A DNA stretch of 63,998 bases, counting the filler, from an uncultured Methanosarcinales archaeon (GTDB lineage Archaea; Nanobdellota; Nanobdellia; Woesearchaeales; CAYSVS01): the NCBI GenBank assembly GCA_964434475.1. It is 5 parts of 5 records of this genome, joined end to end, with 100 filler letters (N's around TTAATTAATTAA, not from the genome) between each part and the next. Parts side by side here need not be neighbours in the genome. Positions count along the whole stretch, not along the records: positions 1 to 15,944 come from CAYSVS010000026.1; 4 more parts are not named here. The stretch is one strand, 5' to 3'. The translations under genes and the position numbers were made by a program. The stretch's first letter is position 1; every line of letters begins with the position of its first letter. The notes under the pieces are model-generated. The model was not told the origin of the DNA. It saw nothing but the letters and a program-made list of their open reading frames with translations, and ran no database searches. This document shows positions 1-8,226 of the stretch, piece by piece.

Positions 1-50
1 GTGCAATTAATCTAAAAAGCTAAGCTAAACAGCAATTATGCAAAGTTCTC
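1..50. mobile_element. Terminus of an unassembled IS5-like element (GAGAACTTTGCATAATT end), followed by TATA target
   Basis: 1-54 is the exact reverse complement of 61948-62001. The outer end resembles GGGAACTTTGCAAAATT at 46873 and 47074. Confidence 0.7.
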
Positions 51-269
51 TATAGAAATCAACTTAATAAATATAGGAATGATTCTGGCCCTTATTTAAC
101 TTATAATATAAACATTGATGAAAACGAACTTCAAAATGCGTTAGTGGATACAAATGAAACCAAAGCATTTCTTGAAAAAACCAACAATCTTAAGATAACT
201 TCTAGTGTACTTGAACAGATTGTAAGGAGATCTAACGAGATTATTGATAACATAGAAAAGCGAAAGTAG
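51..269 (+). pseudogene. 3' remnant of a gene interrupted by the IS
   Basis: Open frame (YRNQLNKYRNDSGP...IEKRK*) runs from the IS junction to TAG at 267-269, abutting the next ATG; no own start near the junction. Confidence 0.5.
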
Positions 270-728
270 ATGTATACTTTTAGTGCATTTAATTATCTAG
301 AACTTGGTGATGAAAAAAGAGATCAAAATAGACGTATAATTGAACTGTTGATTGATTATCAGCATCAGATTTATACTGGAACTGAGTTTATCAAATCTAA
401 AAATATGGAAGTTAAGAAAAATGAAACATACTTTCTTTTGATGAATTTTGCAAGGGCTCTGAATGATAAGTTTTTTGATATTTCTAAAGCAGATCATAAA
501 TATGATTTTAATGCAGATGAGTCTATTGCTATTGCATCACTTAGAGAAGTTTTGACTTATGGTAATAAAGTTGAAGTATTGAGCAATGATAAGGATATCA
601 GTAATATGCTCGGAACTATAAAAGTGGTCTTTGATAACTTGAAGCCCATCGTAAGATATAAAAATATAAATAAAATAGAAGATGATTCAATAAAAGTATT
701 TAAGTTATTAAATAACAAAAAAAATTGA
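270..728 (+). CDS. Hypothetical protein
   Basis: 152-aa ORF, no recognised motif. Confidence 0.65.
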   Translation: MYTFSAFNYLELGDEKRDQNRRIIELLIDYQHQIYTGTEFIKSKNMEVKKNETYFLLMNFARALNDKFFDISKADHKYDFNADESIAIASLREVLTYGNKVEVLSNDKDISNMLGTIKVVFDNLKPIVRYKNINKIEDDSIKVFKLLNNKKN

Positions 729-927
729 AGTTGATATTGATAAAAAAGGAAAAGGATTGATTAAAAATTTTCAAGGCGTTGACAATGAAATAAGTGAACA
801 TAAACAAAAAATAGCGTATAAACGTAAATTAACACAATTTAGTTTTTTCTTGACCAGCATACTAAATGACTTGGAAGAAGTATCAAAAAAGGAATAACTT
901 TAAAACAGTCGTAATAATTCTATAATT

Positions 928-1584
928 ATGCTCTACATAATATCTACGCCAATAGGAAATATTGAAGATATTTCTCTAAGGGCTATTAGGATTCTAAAAG
1001 AAGTAGATACCATAATATGTGAAGATACAAGAAGAACTTCTAAATTACTAAAGCATTATGAGATTCCGAAAAAAAGATTTATTGTCTATAATGATTACAA
1101 TAAGAAAAAAGTTATTCCAAAAATAATTGAATTATTAAAAACAGAAAGCATCGCGTTTGTTTCTGATAACGGCACACCTTGTATATCTGATCCAGGATAT
1201 AATATTATCAAGGAATGTATCGCAAATAATATCAAAGTTAGCCCTGTGCCTGGAGCTAATGCTATGCTGACAGGATTAGTATGTAGCGGATTACCAACAG
1301 ACAAATTTATTTTTTATGGTTTTCTGCCAAAAACATCTGGCAAAAAGCAAAGAACATTAGAAGAGATGAAAAATAATACATTTACTTCTATTTTTTACGA
1401 ATCTCCGCATAGGATAAACAAGACATTAAAGGTTATGAATGAGATAATGCCAGATAGGCAGATTGTAATCGCAAGAGAGCTTACAAAAAAGTTCGAAGAA
1501 TTTCTTAGAGGAAAAGTTTCTGAATTAACAAATAAGACGATAAAATTAAAAGGCGAGATTGTTGTTATTATTAATAAGAAATAA
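928..1584 (+). CDS. rsmI: 16S rRNA (cytidine-1402-2'-O)-methyltransferase RsmI
   Basis: LYIISTPIGNIEDIS, CEDTR, VSDNGTPCISDPG, FYESPHR, ARELTKKFEE. Confidence 0.93.
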   Translation: MLYIISTPIGNIEDISLRAIRILKEVDTIICEDTRRTSKLLKHYEIPKKRFIVYNDYNKKKVIPKIIELLKTESIAFVSDNGTPCISDPGYNIIKECIANNIKVSPVPGANAMLTGLVCSGLPTDKFIFYGFLPKTSGKKQRTLEEMKNNTFTSIFYESPHRINKTLKVMNEIMPDRQIVIARELTKKFEEFLRGKVSELTNKTIKLKGEIVVIINKK

Positions 1585-1596
1585 TTGGAAGATAAA

Positions 1597-1757
1597 TGGC
1601 GGTGGCGATACTTTCAATCCTGAAGGATTGTAGTCTCCCTCGGGGATATTTGAAATCGCGACTTCTACGTGACTCAATGTCAAGTTATGTCATCGGCCGA
1701 AGCCTCATCTCTCAAACTTATGAGCGTAGCACTCTAACCAGGCTGAGTTACACCGCC
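1597..1757 (-). tRNA. tRNA with CAT anticodon (probably elongator Met) with introns at 37/38 (1671-1718) and 59/60 (1611-1648)
   Basis: Acceptor GGCGGTG/CACCGCC+A; D stem ACTC/GAGT; anticodon stem CTACG/CGTAG; T stem GCGAT/ATCGC; BHB-type junctions at both introns. Confidence 0.9.
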
Positions 1758-1842
1758 GTTGATATACAAAATTAAGGGTTAATTTTTAAAGGTTTCGGTT
1801 ATCCAAACATTTAAATACTATCTTTAACATTATTCTCTTAAA

Positions 1843-2982
1843 ATGAGGTTACTAATTATATCTGATACGCACACCAGACATAATTTTGACAAGATATATG
1901 ATTATCTTAATTCTGGATTCATACAAAACCATATGGTGGAGGGGATTGTCGTAAACGGCGACTTATTAGGATTTCATAACATAAAGAAAGATTACGGCTA
2001 TGGATATAGGAAAGATGAATTAGATATAAACCTTATTAAATTATTTCAATATACTGCTCCGTTTACATCTGGAAAAATTTTACAGATATTTAATAAGATA
2101 AAAAAAGGCGAGGAATTAGATGAGCAAAGCTTAACTGGGTTAAGCGAGATATTAAAAGACTATATTGATGAAAGATATATGTGGCTGCTGAATTCTTTGA
2201 GAAAATTAAGCAAATTAAGCAAAGTATATTTCAATCTTGGTAATCATGAAAGTCCTTTGCATTATCTTGTTGTTGATGAGTTGGCATTCATACTTGGTAT
2301 GGAAAAGGAGATGATAACCAAGATTATTGATCAGACTCATGAAAGGGATCATTTTTATTCATTTAAGCAAAAGCTTAAGCAGATGGAGCAACAGGAAAAT
2401 TTTATTTTCATAAGCCAGAAGGCGATAATTGATGGCGGTGTGTTGATATCTGGTATTCCGGGACTGCATCATGAAACCGGAAACAAGGATGAAAAAAGCG
2501 ATGCTCAGGAGAAAATAACTGTAGATACATTAGAACAGATAAAAGAAAAACTAAAAGAAGCAAAAGCATTGTTGATGTTTAATCATGTAAAAGGAAGGAT
2601 AAACAAGAAGCCGTTTTTGTTTGAGCCTGTTTCAGAAAACATAAAAGCATTTTTAGAGAATAATCAAGATTTATCCGTGCCAAAACTATTCTGTGAAAGT
2701 GATGAAAGCTTTGTAACTACGCATTTCTATCAAAACCATGACTGGTATTTTATGCATAACAATGCTGGTGTAAATAACGGCTTGTTCAATATGATAGATA
2801 TAGGCAGTAAGATTGTATGTTATGATATAGATCCTAATCTGGATCAGCTAACTACACTAACAACATATGATCTGGAAAAAGCCAATTATGGAGAACCTAT
2901 AACAAGGATGAGGCTAAATTATCCTAATCCTCAGCAGATATTGATGCAAAGAAAACTGGATAATACTGTTTATAACCTATGA
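1843..2982 (+). CDS. Calcineurin-like metallophosphoesterase-fold protein (divergent)
   Basis: IISDTH, VNGDL, LGNHE, FNH motifs; final GHxH motif not evident. Confidence 0.75.
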   Translation: MRLLIISDTHTRHNFDKIYDYLNSGFIQNHMVEGIVVNGDLLGFHNIKKDYGYGYRKDELDINLIKLFQYTAPFTSGKILQIFNKIKKGEELDEQSLTGLSEILKDYIDERYMWLLNSLRKLSKLSKVYFNLGNHESPLHYLVVDELAFILGMEKEMITKIIDQTHERDHFYSFKQKLKQMEQQENFIFISQKAIIDGGVLISGIPGLHHETGNKDEKSDAQEKITVDTLEQIKEKLKEAKALLMFNHVKGRINKKPFLFEPVSENIKAFLENNQDLSVPKLFCESDESFVTTHFYQNHDWYFMHNNAGVNNGLFNMIDIGSKIVCYDIDPNLDQLTTLTTYDLEKANYGEPITRMRLNYPNPQQILMQRKLDNTVYNL

Positions 2983-3099
2983 TTACTCTTCTTCATTATC
3001 ACTATCGTCAAAATACCACTTTCTTATAGAATCATCTGTATTGAATACTTCGTGGCTTTCTTCCTTATAGTCATCTGTAAACTCTTTTTTATCTCTCAT
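2983..3099 (-). CDS. Putative 38-aa acidic micro-protein
   Basis: Hand-translated MRDKKEFTDDYKEESHEVFNTDDSIRKWYFDDSDNEEE; fills the intergenic gap. Confidence 0.4.
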   Translation of the reverse strand: MRDKKEFTDDYKEESHEVFNTDDSIRKWYFDDSDNEEE

Positions 3100-3138
3100 T
3101 GCTAAGATGTATGTTTAATGAGTATTTATTTGTTTTGA

Positions 3139-4110
3139 TTATTGAGGAAACAATTTGTTTGGATTTAACTTCTTGTCCAATCCAAACCTTGTTATTTTTA
3201 GATCAAATATCACCAGATATATCTGATTCATCTGCAACAAAATGAACATATCTTTTGGATGTAATTTATCAAGATTAAATACTATGTAGTTGAATACTTT
3301 GTATCTTTCTGATTCAAACTCTTCTACAAACTTAATATCTGAGTCATAGAAGAATTTGTATAATGTATCTAATGAATTGCCTATCTTTTCAACGTATTTT
3401 AATGTTTCTGGCTTAAACTTATGGTTCTTCATCTTTAGATTGTATCTTGCAGCATATTTGTAGACATCAGCTATTATATCTATGTCGGATAAAAAATGAT
3501 ATAGTATCAAACTATCTGGATCTGTAGTTCCACGTATGTTCATAAGCCTTAAACAATAACTTATGAATTTAGAAATTGTATCGTGCTTTTCAACTATTGT
3601 GTCCATAAGAACATAATCCTGTTCTTTTAATGCATTTAAAAAATCGTTTGAAAGGTCAACCATAAGCATATGGATCCTTCTCAATAGATTGATAAACTCT
3701 TCTTCACTTAACGGAGAAAGTTGCTTTATTATGCAATGACCTTCCTTTTGTTGGATAATCTCCATACCTATGAGCTTGTTAACCTCATAATTTATTACAG
3801 ACAATACTTTTTTCTTTGAGTTATCTCTATAATGTACGCAGACAGGATTATTGAATTTTAATTCAATCTTCACATATCCTTTTCTATATGCTCCTCTAAT
3901 CAATTGCATTATAGAAGTTCTGTCTAATCCTGTTATGTCTATACTAATGTCTTTTTTTTCCTTGATCTTTTTTGTAGACAATAGGATGCTAGGCCCTTTT
4001 TCCTCCATCTCAAGTTCATCGCCTTTCTTAAGCTCGTACATATCTGTCCACTTTTTTGGTAAACTTATTGTCAATGTGCCTGTTCCAACTTTGTTTATCT
4101 TTCTTTTCAT
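3139..4110 (-). CDS. Archaeal AbrB/PhoU-family regulator
   Basis: N-terminal RKINKVGTGTLTISLPKKW (AbrB-like), GAYRKGY, GMEII, helical PhoU-like repeats. Confidence 0.85.
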   Translation of the reverse strand: MKRKINKVGTGTLTISLPKKWTDMYELKKGDELEMEEKGPSILLSTKKIKEKKDISIDITGLDRTSIMQLIRGAYRKGYVKIELKFNNPVCVHYRDNSKKKVLSVINYEVNKLIGMEIIQQKEGHCIIKQLSPLSEEEFINLLRRIHMLMVDLSNDFLNALKEQDYVLMDTIVEKHDTISKFISYCLRLMNIRGTTDPDSLILYHFLSDIDIIADVYKYAARYNLKMKNHKFKPETLKYVEKIGNSLDTLYKFFYDSDIKFVEEFESERYKVFNYIVFNLDKLHPKDMFILLQMNQIYLVIFDLKITRFGLDKKLNPNKLFPQ

Positions 4111-4211
4111 TTTATATATATGCCCATAAAATAATTATATAATTATTGATAATAATTATAATTGCATAAAATATATATAAATCTTTCGCTTAACTTGAAA
4201 TATATCCGGAG

Positions 4212-4685
4212 GTGTATAATATGTTAAAGAAAAAAGATCTTATGTTGTTGGCAAGTTTTAGGCAAGACGCAAGGATGTCTTTAACAGATATGTCTAAGAA
4301 AACCAGAGTACCGATAAGCACGATATTTGACAAGTTGAAAACATACCAAAAGGAATTCATAAAGAAACACACAACATTGATAGATTTCAGCAAGTTAGGC
4401 TATAATACACGAGCAAAGATAGCGATAAAAGTTAATAAAGATCAAAAAGAGGAAATCAAGGAATACCTATCAAAAAATCAGAACATAAATTCAGTATATA
4501 AGATAAACAACGGCTTTGACTTTCTTATTGAAGGAATATTTGTCCATGTAAAGGATATGCAGGAATTCGTAGATAAACTAGAAGAAAAGTTTGATATACA
4601 AGATAAGCAGACATATTATATTATAGATGAAATAAAAAGAGAGGAATTTATGGCAAAGCCTGATTTGGTGTGTTTGATGAGATAA
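4212..4685 (+). CDS. Lrp/AsnC-family transcription regulator
   Basis: HTH (RQDARMSLTDMSKKTRVPISTI), IDFSKLGY, RAM-like C-terminal domain. Confidence 0.9.
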   Translation: MYNMLKKKDLMLLASFRQDARMSLTDMSKKTRVPISTIFDKLKTYQKEFIKKHTTLIDFSKLGYNTRAKIAIKVNKDQKEEIKEYLSKNQNINSVYKINNGFDFLIEGIFVHVKDMQEFVDKLEEKFDIQDKQTYYIIDEIKREEFMAKPDLVCLMR

Positions 4686-4925
4686 GAAAAATGATAGGAC
4701 AAGAATAGAAAAAAAGGTAAGAAACAATAGAAATCAATAAAATAAAAAACAATCAAAGATTTGACGAATTTCTATAACTATCAGGAGGCTGCTCTCCTTC
4801 AATATCATCAGGTGAATCAGGCTCATCCATACCTTGTTCAGCTTTTTCGGTTCCGGAAAAACTGAAATTTTTCCTATATTTATTGGTCAAAGTATTTAAA
4901 TGCTCTAAAAATTGAAAATAAGACA

Positions 4926-5357
4926 ATGAACGAGATAGAAACATTGCTTCTAAAGCATCTAAGGAAAGACTCAAGAAAAAAGATAAAGGAGATAAGTCAA
5001 GAGACAAGCATTCCAGTGACAACTCTGTTTGATAATTTCAAAAAACTCAAGCAGAAAAATATAATGATAAAACATACATCTTTGGTTGATTTTTCTAAGC
5101 TAAACTATTTTTTAAACATAAATTTTGTTATTGCAGGAGATAAAAATACTATTGTTGATAAATTAGATAATTTAACCCATATAAACAACCTCTACAGCAT
5201 AGGCAATAGCCAATACTATATTGAGTGTATATTTAAGAATATGAAACAGATGGATGAATTTATGGAAAAATTAGAAGAAAATAACATAAAAGTATTGAAT
5301 GAACATCATGTTATAAAAGAAATAAAGAAAGAGGAGTTTATTCCTTCTTTCGTTTAA
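4926..5357 (+). CDS. Lrp/AsnC-family transcription regulator (tandem paralog)
   Basis: LRKDSRKKIKEISQETSIPVTTL, VDFSKLNY; similar to 4212-4685. Confidence 0.88.
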   Translation: MNEIETLLLKHLRKDSRKKIKEISQETSIPVTTLFDNFKKLKQKNIMIKHTSLVDFSKLNYFLNINFVIAGDKNTIVDKLDNLTHINNLYSIGNSQYYIECIFKNMKQMDEFMEKLEENNIKVLNEHHVIKEIKKEEFIPSFV

Positions 5358-6198
5358 GTTTCTTACCTATCTTTTTCAGCAAACCTTCACTATTACTGTC
5401 TTTCTTTTCTGTCTTTTTCTTTGTTTTTGCTTCTTCTTTCTTGTCATCTCCAAAAAGATCACTCATATCCTTCTCTTTTTCTTCTGCTTTGCTTTTATTA
5501 TCATATGCTTTCTTAATGTCCTTGACCATATTTTTTGATCTTGAAGACTGTTTTTTGGATATTTTTCTAGCGGGTTTTTTTGTTGTCTTTTTTGATGTTT
5601 TTTTATCGTTTGCCTTATTATTTTCTTTATCCTTATCTTTTTTATTAGAATAATTCTCAATATGCTTATTCTGTTCATATCTTGGTTTATTTATAAGGTA
5701 TTTATTCTTGTTCTTTTCCATGTCAACAAACAAGTCTGCTTCCTGTTTTATCATGCTGCTTGCTGTTCTGCCAAAAGCAATAACTTCTGTTCTTAAACCG
5801 TGTTGTTTTAGATATGTAAGCAGATCCTTGAAATCTCCATCACCACTTATCAAAACAATAGTATCCACTTTTTTGCTTAATCTTACAGCATCCATCGCAA
5901 TACCTATATCCCAGTCTCCTTTCTTGCTTCCGCCGTAGAAAACAAGCAGATCTTTTGCTTTAACTTCTATACCTACTTTATTTAGAGCATCATGGAATGT
6001 GTTCTCATCTTTTACGTCTGCTTTTATAGCATAAGCAACAGCTCTAACCAATCTTCTTCCAGCAACAGCTGAATTCATAATCTCTTTGAAGTTTACTTTA
6101 GTATTGTATAAGTGCTTTGCACTATAATACATATTCTGTACATCTATCAATACAGCAACCCTTTGCTCTCTATGTTGTAATTCTCTCATATTATTCAC
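5338..6198 (-). CDS. NYN-domain (LabA/DUF88) protein with Lys-rich low-complexity tail
   Basis: VLIDVQNMY, KGDWDIGIAMD, ISGDGDF, ADLFVD. Confidence 0.9.
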   Translation of the reverse strand: MNNMRELQHREQRVAVLIDVQNMYYSAKHLYNTKVNFKEIMNSAVAGRRLVRAVAYAIKADVKDENTFHDALNKVGIEVKAKDLLVFYGGSKKGDWDIGIAMDAVRLSKKVDTIVLISGDGDFKDLLTYLKQHGLRTEVIAFGRTASSMIKQEADLFVDMEKNKNKYLINKPRYEQNKHIENYSNKKDKDKENNKANDKKTSKKTTKKPARKISKKQSSRSKNMVKDIKKAYDNKSKAEEKEKDMSDLFGDDKKEEAKTKKKTEKKDSNSEGLLKKIGKKLKRKKE

Positions 6199-6397
6199 CT
6201 TTTATTCTGCATATCTTTTGTTTTTTATTTTTGATTCTATTGTTATATCATTTCAAGAAGGGCTCTTCATAGCCACAGCTTGTACAATATATCCTTGTGT
6301 TCTTTTCGTCAAAAACCAATGTTTTCTTGCCACATTTAGGGCATATTTTTGTTGTGCTAAAATCCTTTGGGTCAGCAAAATCATCCATCTTTTTACC

Positions 6398-7297
6398 TCA
6401 TCTTGACTTGATAAACTCATATATACTATGCACAGCTAATGCACCTTCTGCTGCTGCTGTAATCACTTGTTTAAACTTGTTGCTATTGGTCGTTATATCG
6501 CCGCTTGCATAAACCCCTAAAATATTTGTCTCTTGCTTTTCATCAACCTTTATGTAATGCTCCTTATCTAATTCAATGTCTAGTTGTTCTGCTAGGAATG
6601 TGCTTGGTACTGAGCCTATCTCTATAAACAATCCGTCTAATTTTAGCTCATTGCCATTGTCAAGCACAACAGAAGTCACAAACTTATCTCCTTTTATCTC
6701 TGTAACGTTTGCATTATATATCATCTCTATCTTTGTATTCTTTTCAATTTGTTCTATCCAGCTAGGCTCTGCTCTTAATTTATCCTTCCTGTAGATTATA
6801 TAGACTTTATCTGCAAACTCGCTCAGTATCATGGCTGCAGAACATGCGCTGTCATTCCCTCCTACAACTGCTGCAGTCATGTTCTTATAGAAAGCTGCAT
6901 CACATGTAGCGCAATAGCTTACACCTTTACCAGTAAATTCTTTTTCTCCAGGAACATTTAGATGTCTTCTAGAAGTGCCGTTTGCTAGAAGTATAGTTTT
7001 TGTCTTGTATTTGCCGTTGATGATAAATCCTTGATCCTCTTCAAGTTTTTTAATGTCTCTGCATTCTTCCAGTTCAATCGGAATTTCTAGGCTTTTAGCA
7101 TGCTCTTCCCATTGATTCATAAGATCAGTTCCAGATATTGCCTTGTTTCCTGGCCAATTACCTACTTCATGAGCATGATTTATCATTCCGCCTGTTTCTT
7201 TACTAAGCACTAATGTGTTAAGTTTATATCTTGCTGCATATACTGCTGCTGCTAATCCTGCTGGTCCAGCTCCGATAATTATCAAGTCATAACCCAT
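6398..7297 (-). CDS. trxB: Thioredoxin reductase
   Basis: GAGPAG, GVSYCATCD, GGNDSA, GVYASGD. Confidence 0.93.
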   Translation of the reverse strand: MGYDLIIIGAGPAGLAAAVYAARYKLNTLVLSKETGGMINHAHEVGNWPGNKAISGTDLMNQWEEHAKSLEIPIELEECRDIKKLEEDQGFIINGKYKTKTILLANGTSRRHLNVPGEKEFTGKGVSYCATCDAAFYKNMTAAVVGGNDSACSAAMILSEFADKVYIIYRKDKLRAEPSWIEQIEKNTKIEMIYNANVTEIKGDKFVTSVVLDNGNELKLDGLFIEIGSVPSTFLAEQLDIELDKEHYIKVDEKQETNILGVYASGDITTNSNKFKQVITAAAEGALAVHSIYEFIKSR

Positions 7298-7398
7298 ATT
7301 AAAAAAAAGAAGATATTTTATTTATAAATGTATTGATTTTTGAGTTATATCTATATATAATGTTGTATGATTTTCTTATTTTTATGAAAGAATAAGAC

Positions 7399-7445
7399 AA
7401 AAATTCCTAAAATCTAATACCTGTCGTAGCAAGCTACAGTGTATA
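7399..7445. repeat. Dispersed palindromic element, copy 1
   Basis: aaaaattcctaaaatctaatacctgtcGTAGCaaGCTACagtgtata; similar to 17006-17053. Confidence 0.7.
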
Positions 7446-7533
7446 TACGAAATTTTTTGCTATGCAGTCGGAATTATTAATATTACAAACTGAAAACTTT
7501 TGCAAAACAACAGGGTATAAACACAGTTTCTAA

Positions 7534-7806
7534 TTAAGGATTTATTTCATTTACAGAATCAAACCCTATTACTCTATCATATAAACTCTTCATTGAAATT
7601 ATCCTGCAATCTTTACCAATCTGTCTTATTGAAGCATCCGGATGTCTTTCACAAATTTTTTTAAATTTATTAAAAGGCATATATAGTGTAATTTCACTTT
7701 CATTAGTTTTACTGGCAATAAGATAATTGTTTCCTTCTTTGTATATGTTTTTTCTTGATTCATTTGAAACCTCTCGTGCGTCTCTTAACATATAATCTAA
7801 TGGCAT
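7534..7806 (-). CDS. Hypothetical protein
   Basis: 90-aa ORF with GGGTGA SD-like motif upstream. Confidence 0.6.
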   Translation of the reverse strand: MPLDYMLRDAREVSNESRKNIYKEGNNYLIASKTNESEITLYMPFNKFKKICERHPDASIRQIGKDCRIISMKSLYDRVIGFDSVNEINP

Positions 7807-7944
7807 TTTATCACCCTTTAAATTTTGTTATCGCAATAAGTATTTCATTTATAAATGTTTTGGGGGGTGTATTTTAAAATTAGTAGTCAATCTTTGGTTA
7901 AGTTCAATAAGATTTAAAAATAAGCATTCATTGCTTGAGTTAAA

Positions 7945-8169
7945 ATGAAAAAGACAATAGATGATAAATTAGTAGGAGAAGTTTTTGAGGTTAATGATAA
8001 AACAGAAATAGTAAGCATACAATATGGACCATTTGAGATTGCAGAAGTTTCTATGAAATTAGTTCCTGATGCAAAAGTTGGCGATTATTATACTGTTAAA
8101 AAATATTTGGATAATGATGAAGAGAAGATTGAGATAGGCAAAAAGGTTAATCCTACATACAAGAAATGA
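7945..8169 (+). CDS. Small protein, possibly HypC-like OB fold without the conserved Cys/His
   Basis: GEVFEV...EVSMKLVPDAKVGDY resembles the HypC core. Confidence 0.5.
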   Translation: MKKTIDDKLVGEVFEVNDKTEIVSIQYGPFEIAEVSMKLVPDAKVGDYYTVKKYLDNDEEKIEIGKKVNPTYKK

Positions 8170-8226
8170 ACCTATTTTTCAATTTCCTACCAAAATTTTA
8201 TATATTCTCTATTTAAATTAGTAATT

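Noticed and set aside
4130..4147. Perfect 18-bp palindrome AATAATTATATAATTATT between the PhoU-like and Lrp genes
   Set aside because: A/T-only in very AT-rich DNA; a plausible operator but not distinguishable from chance
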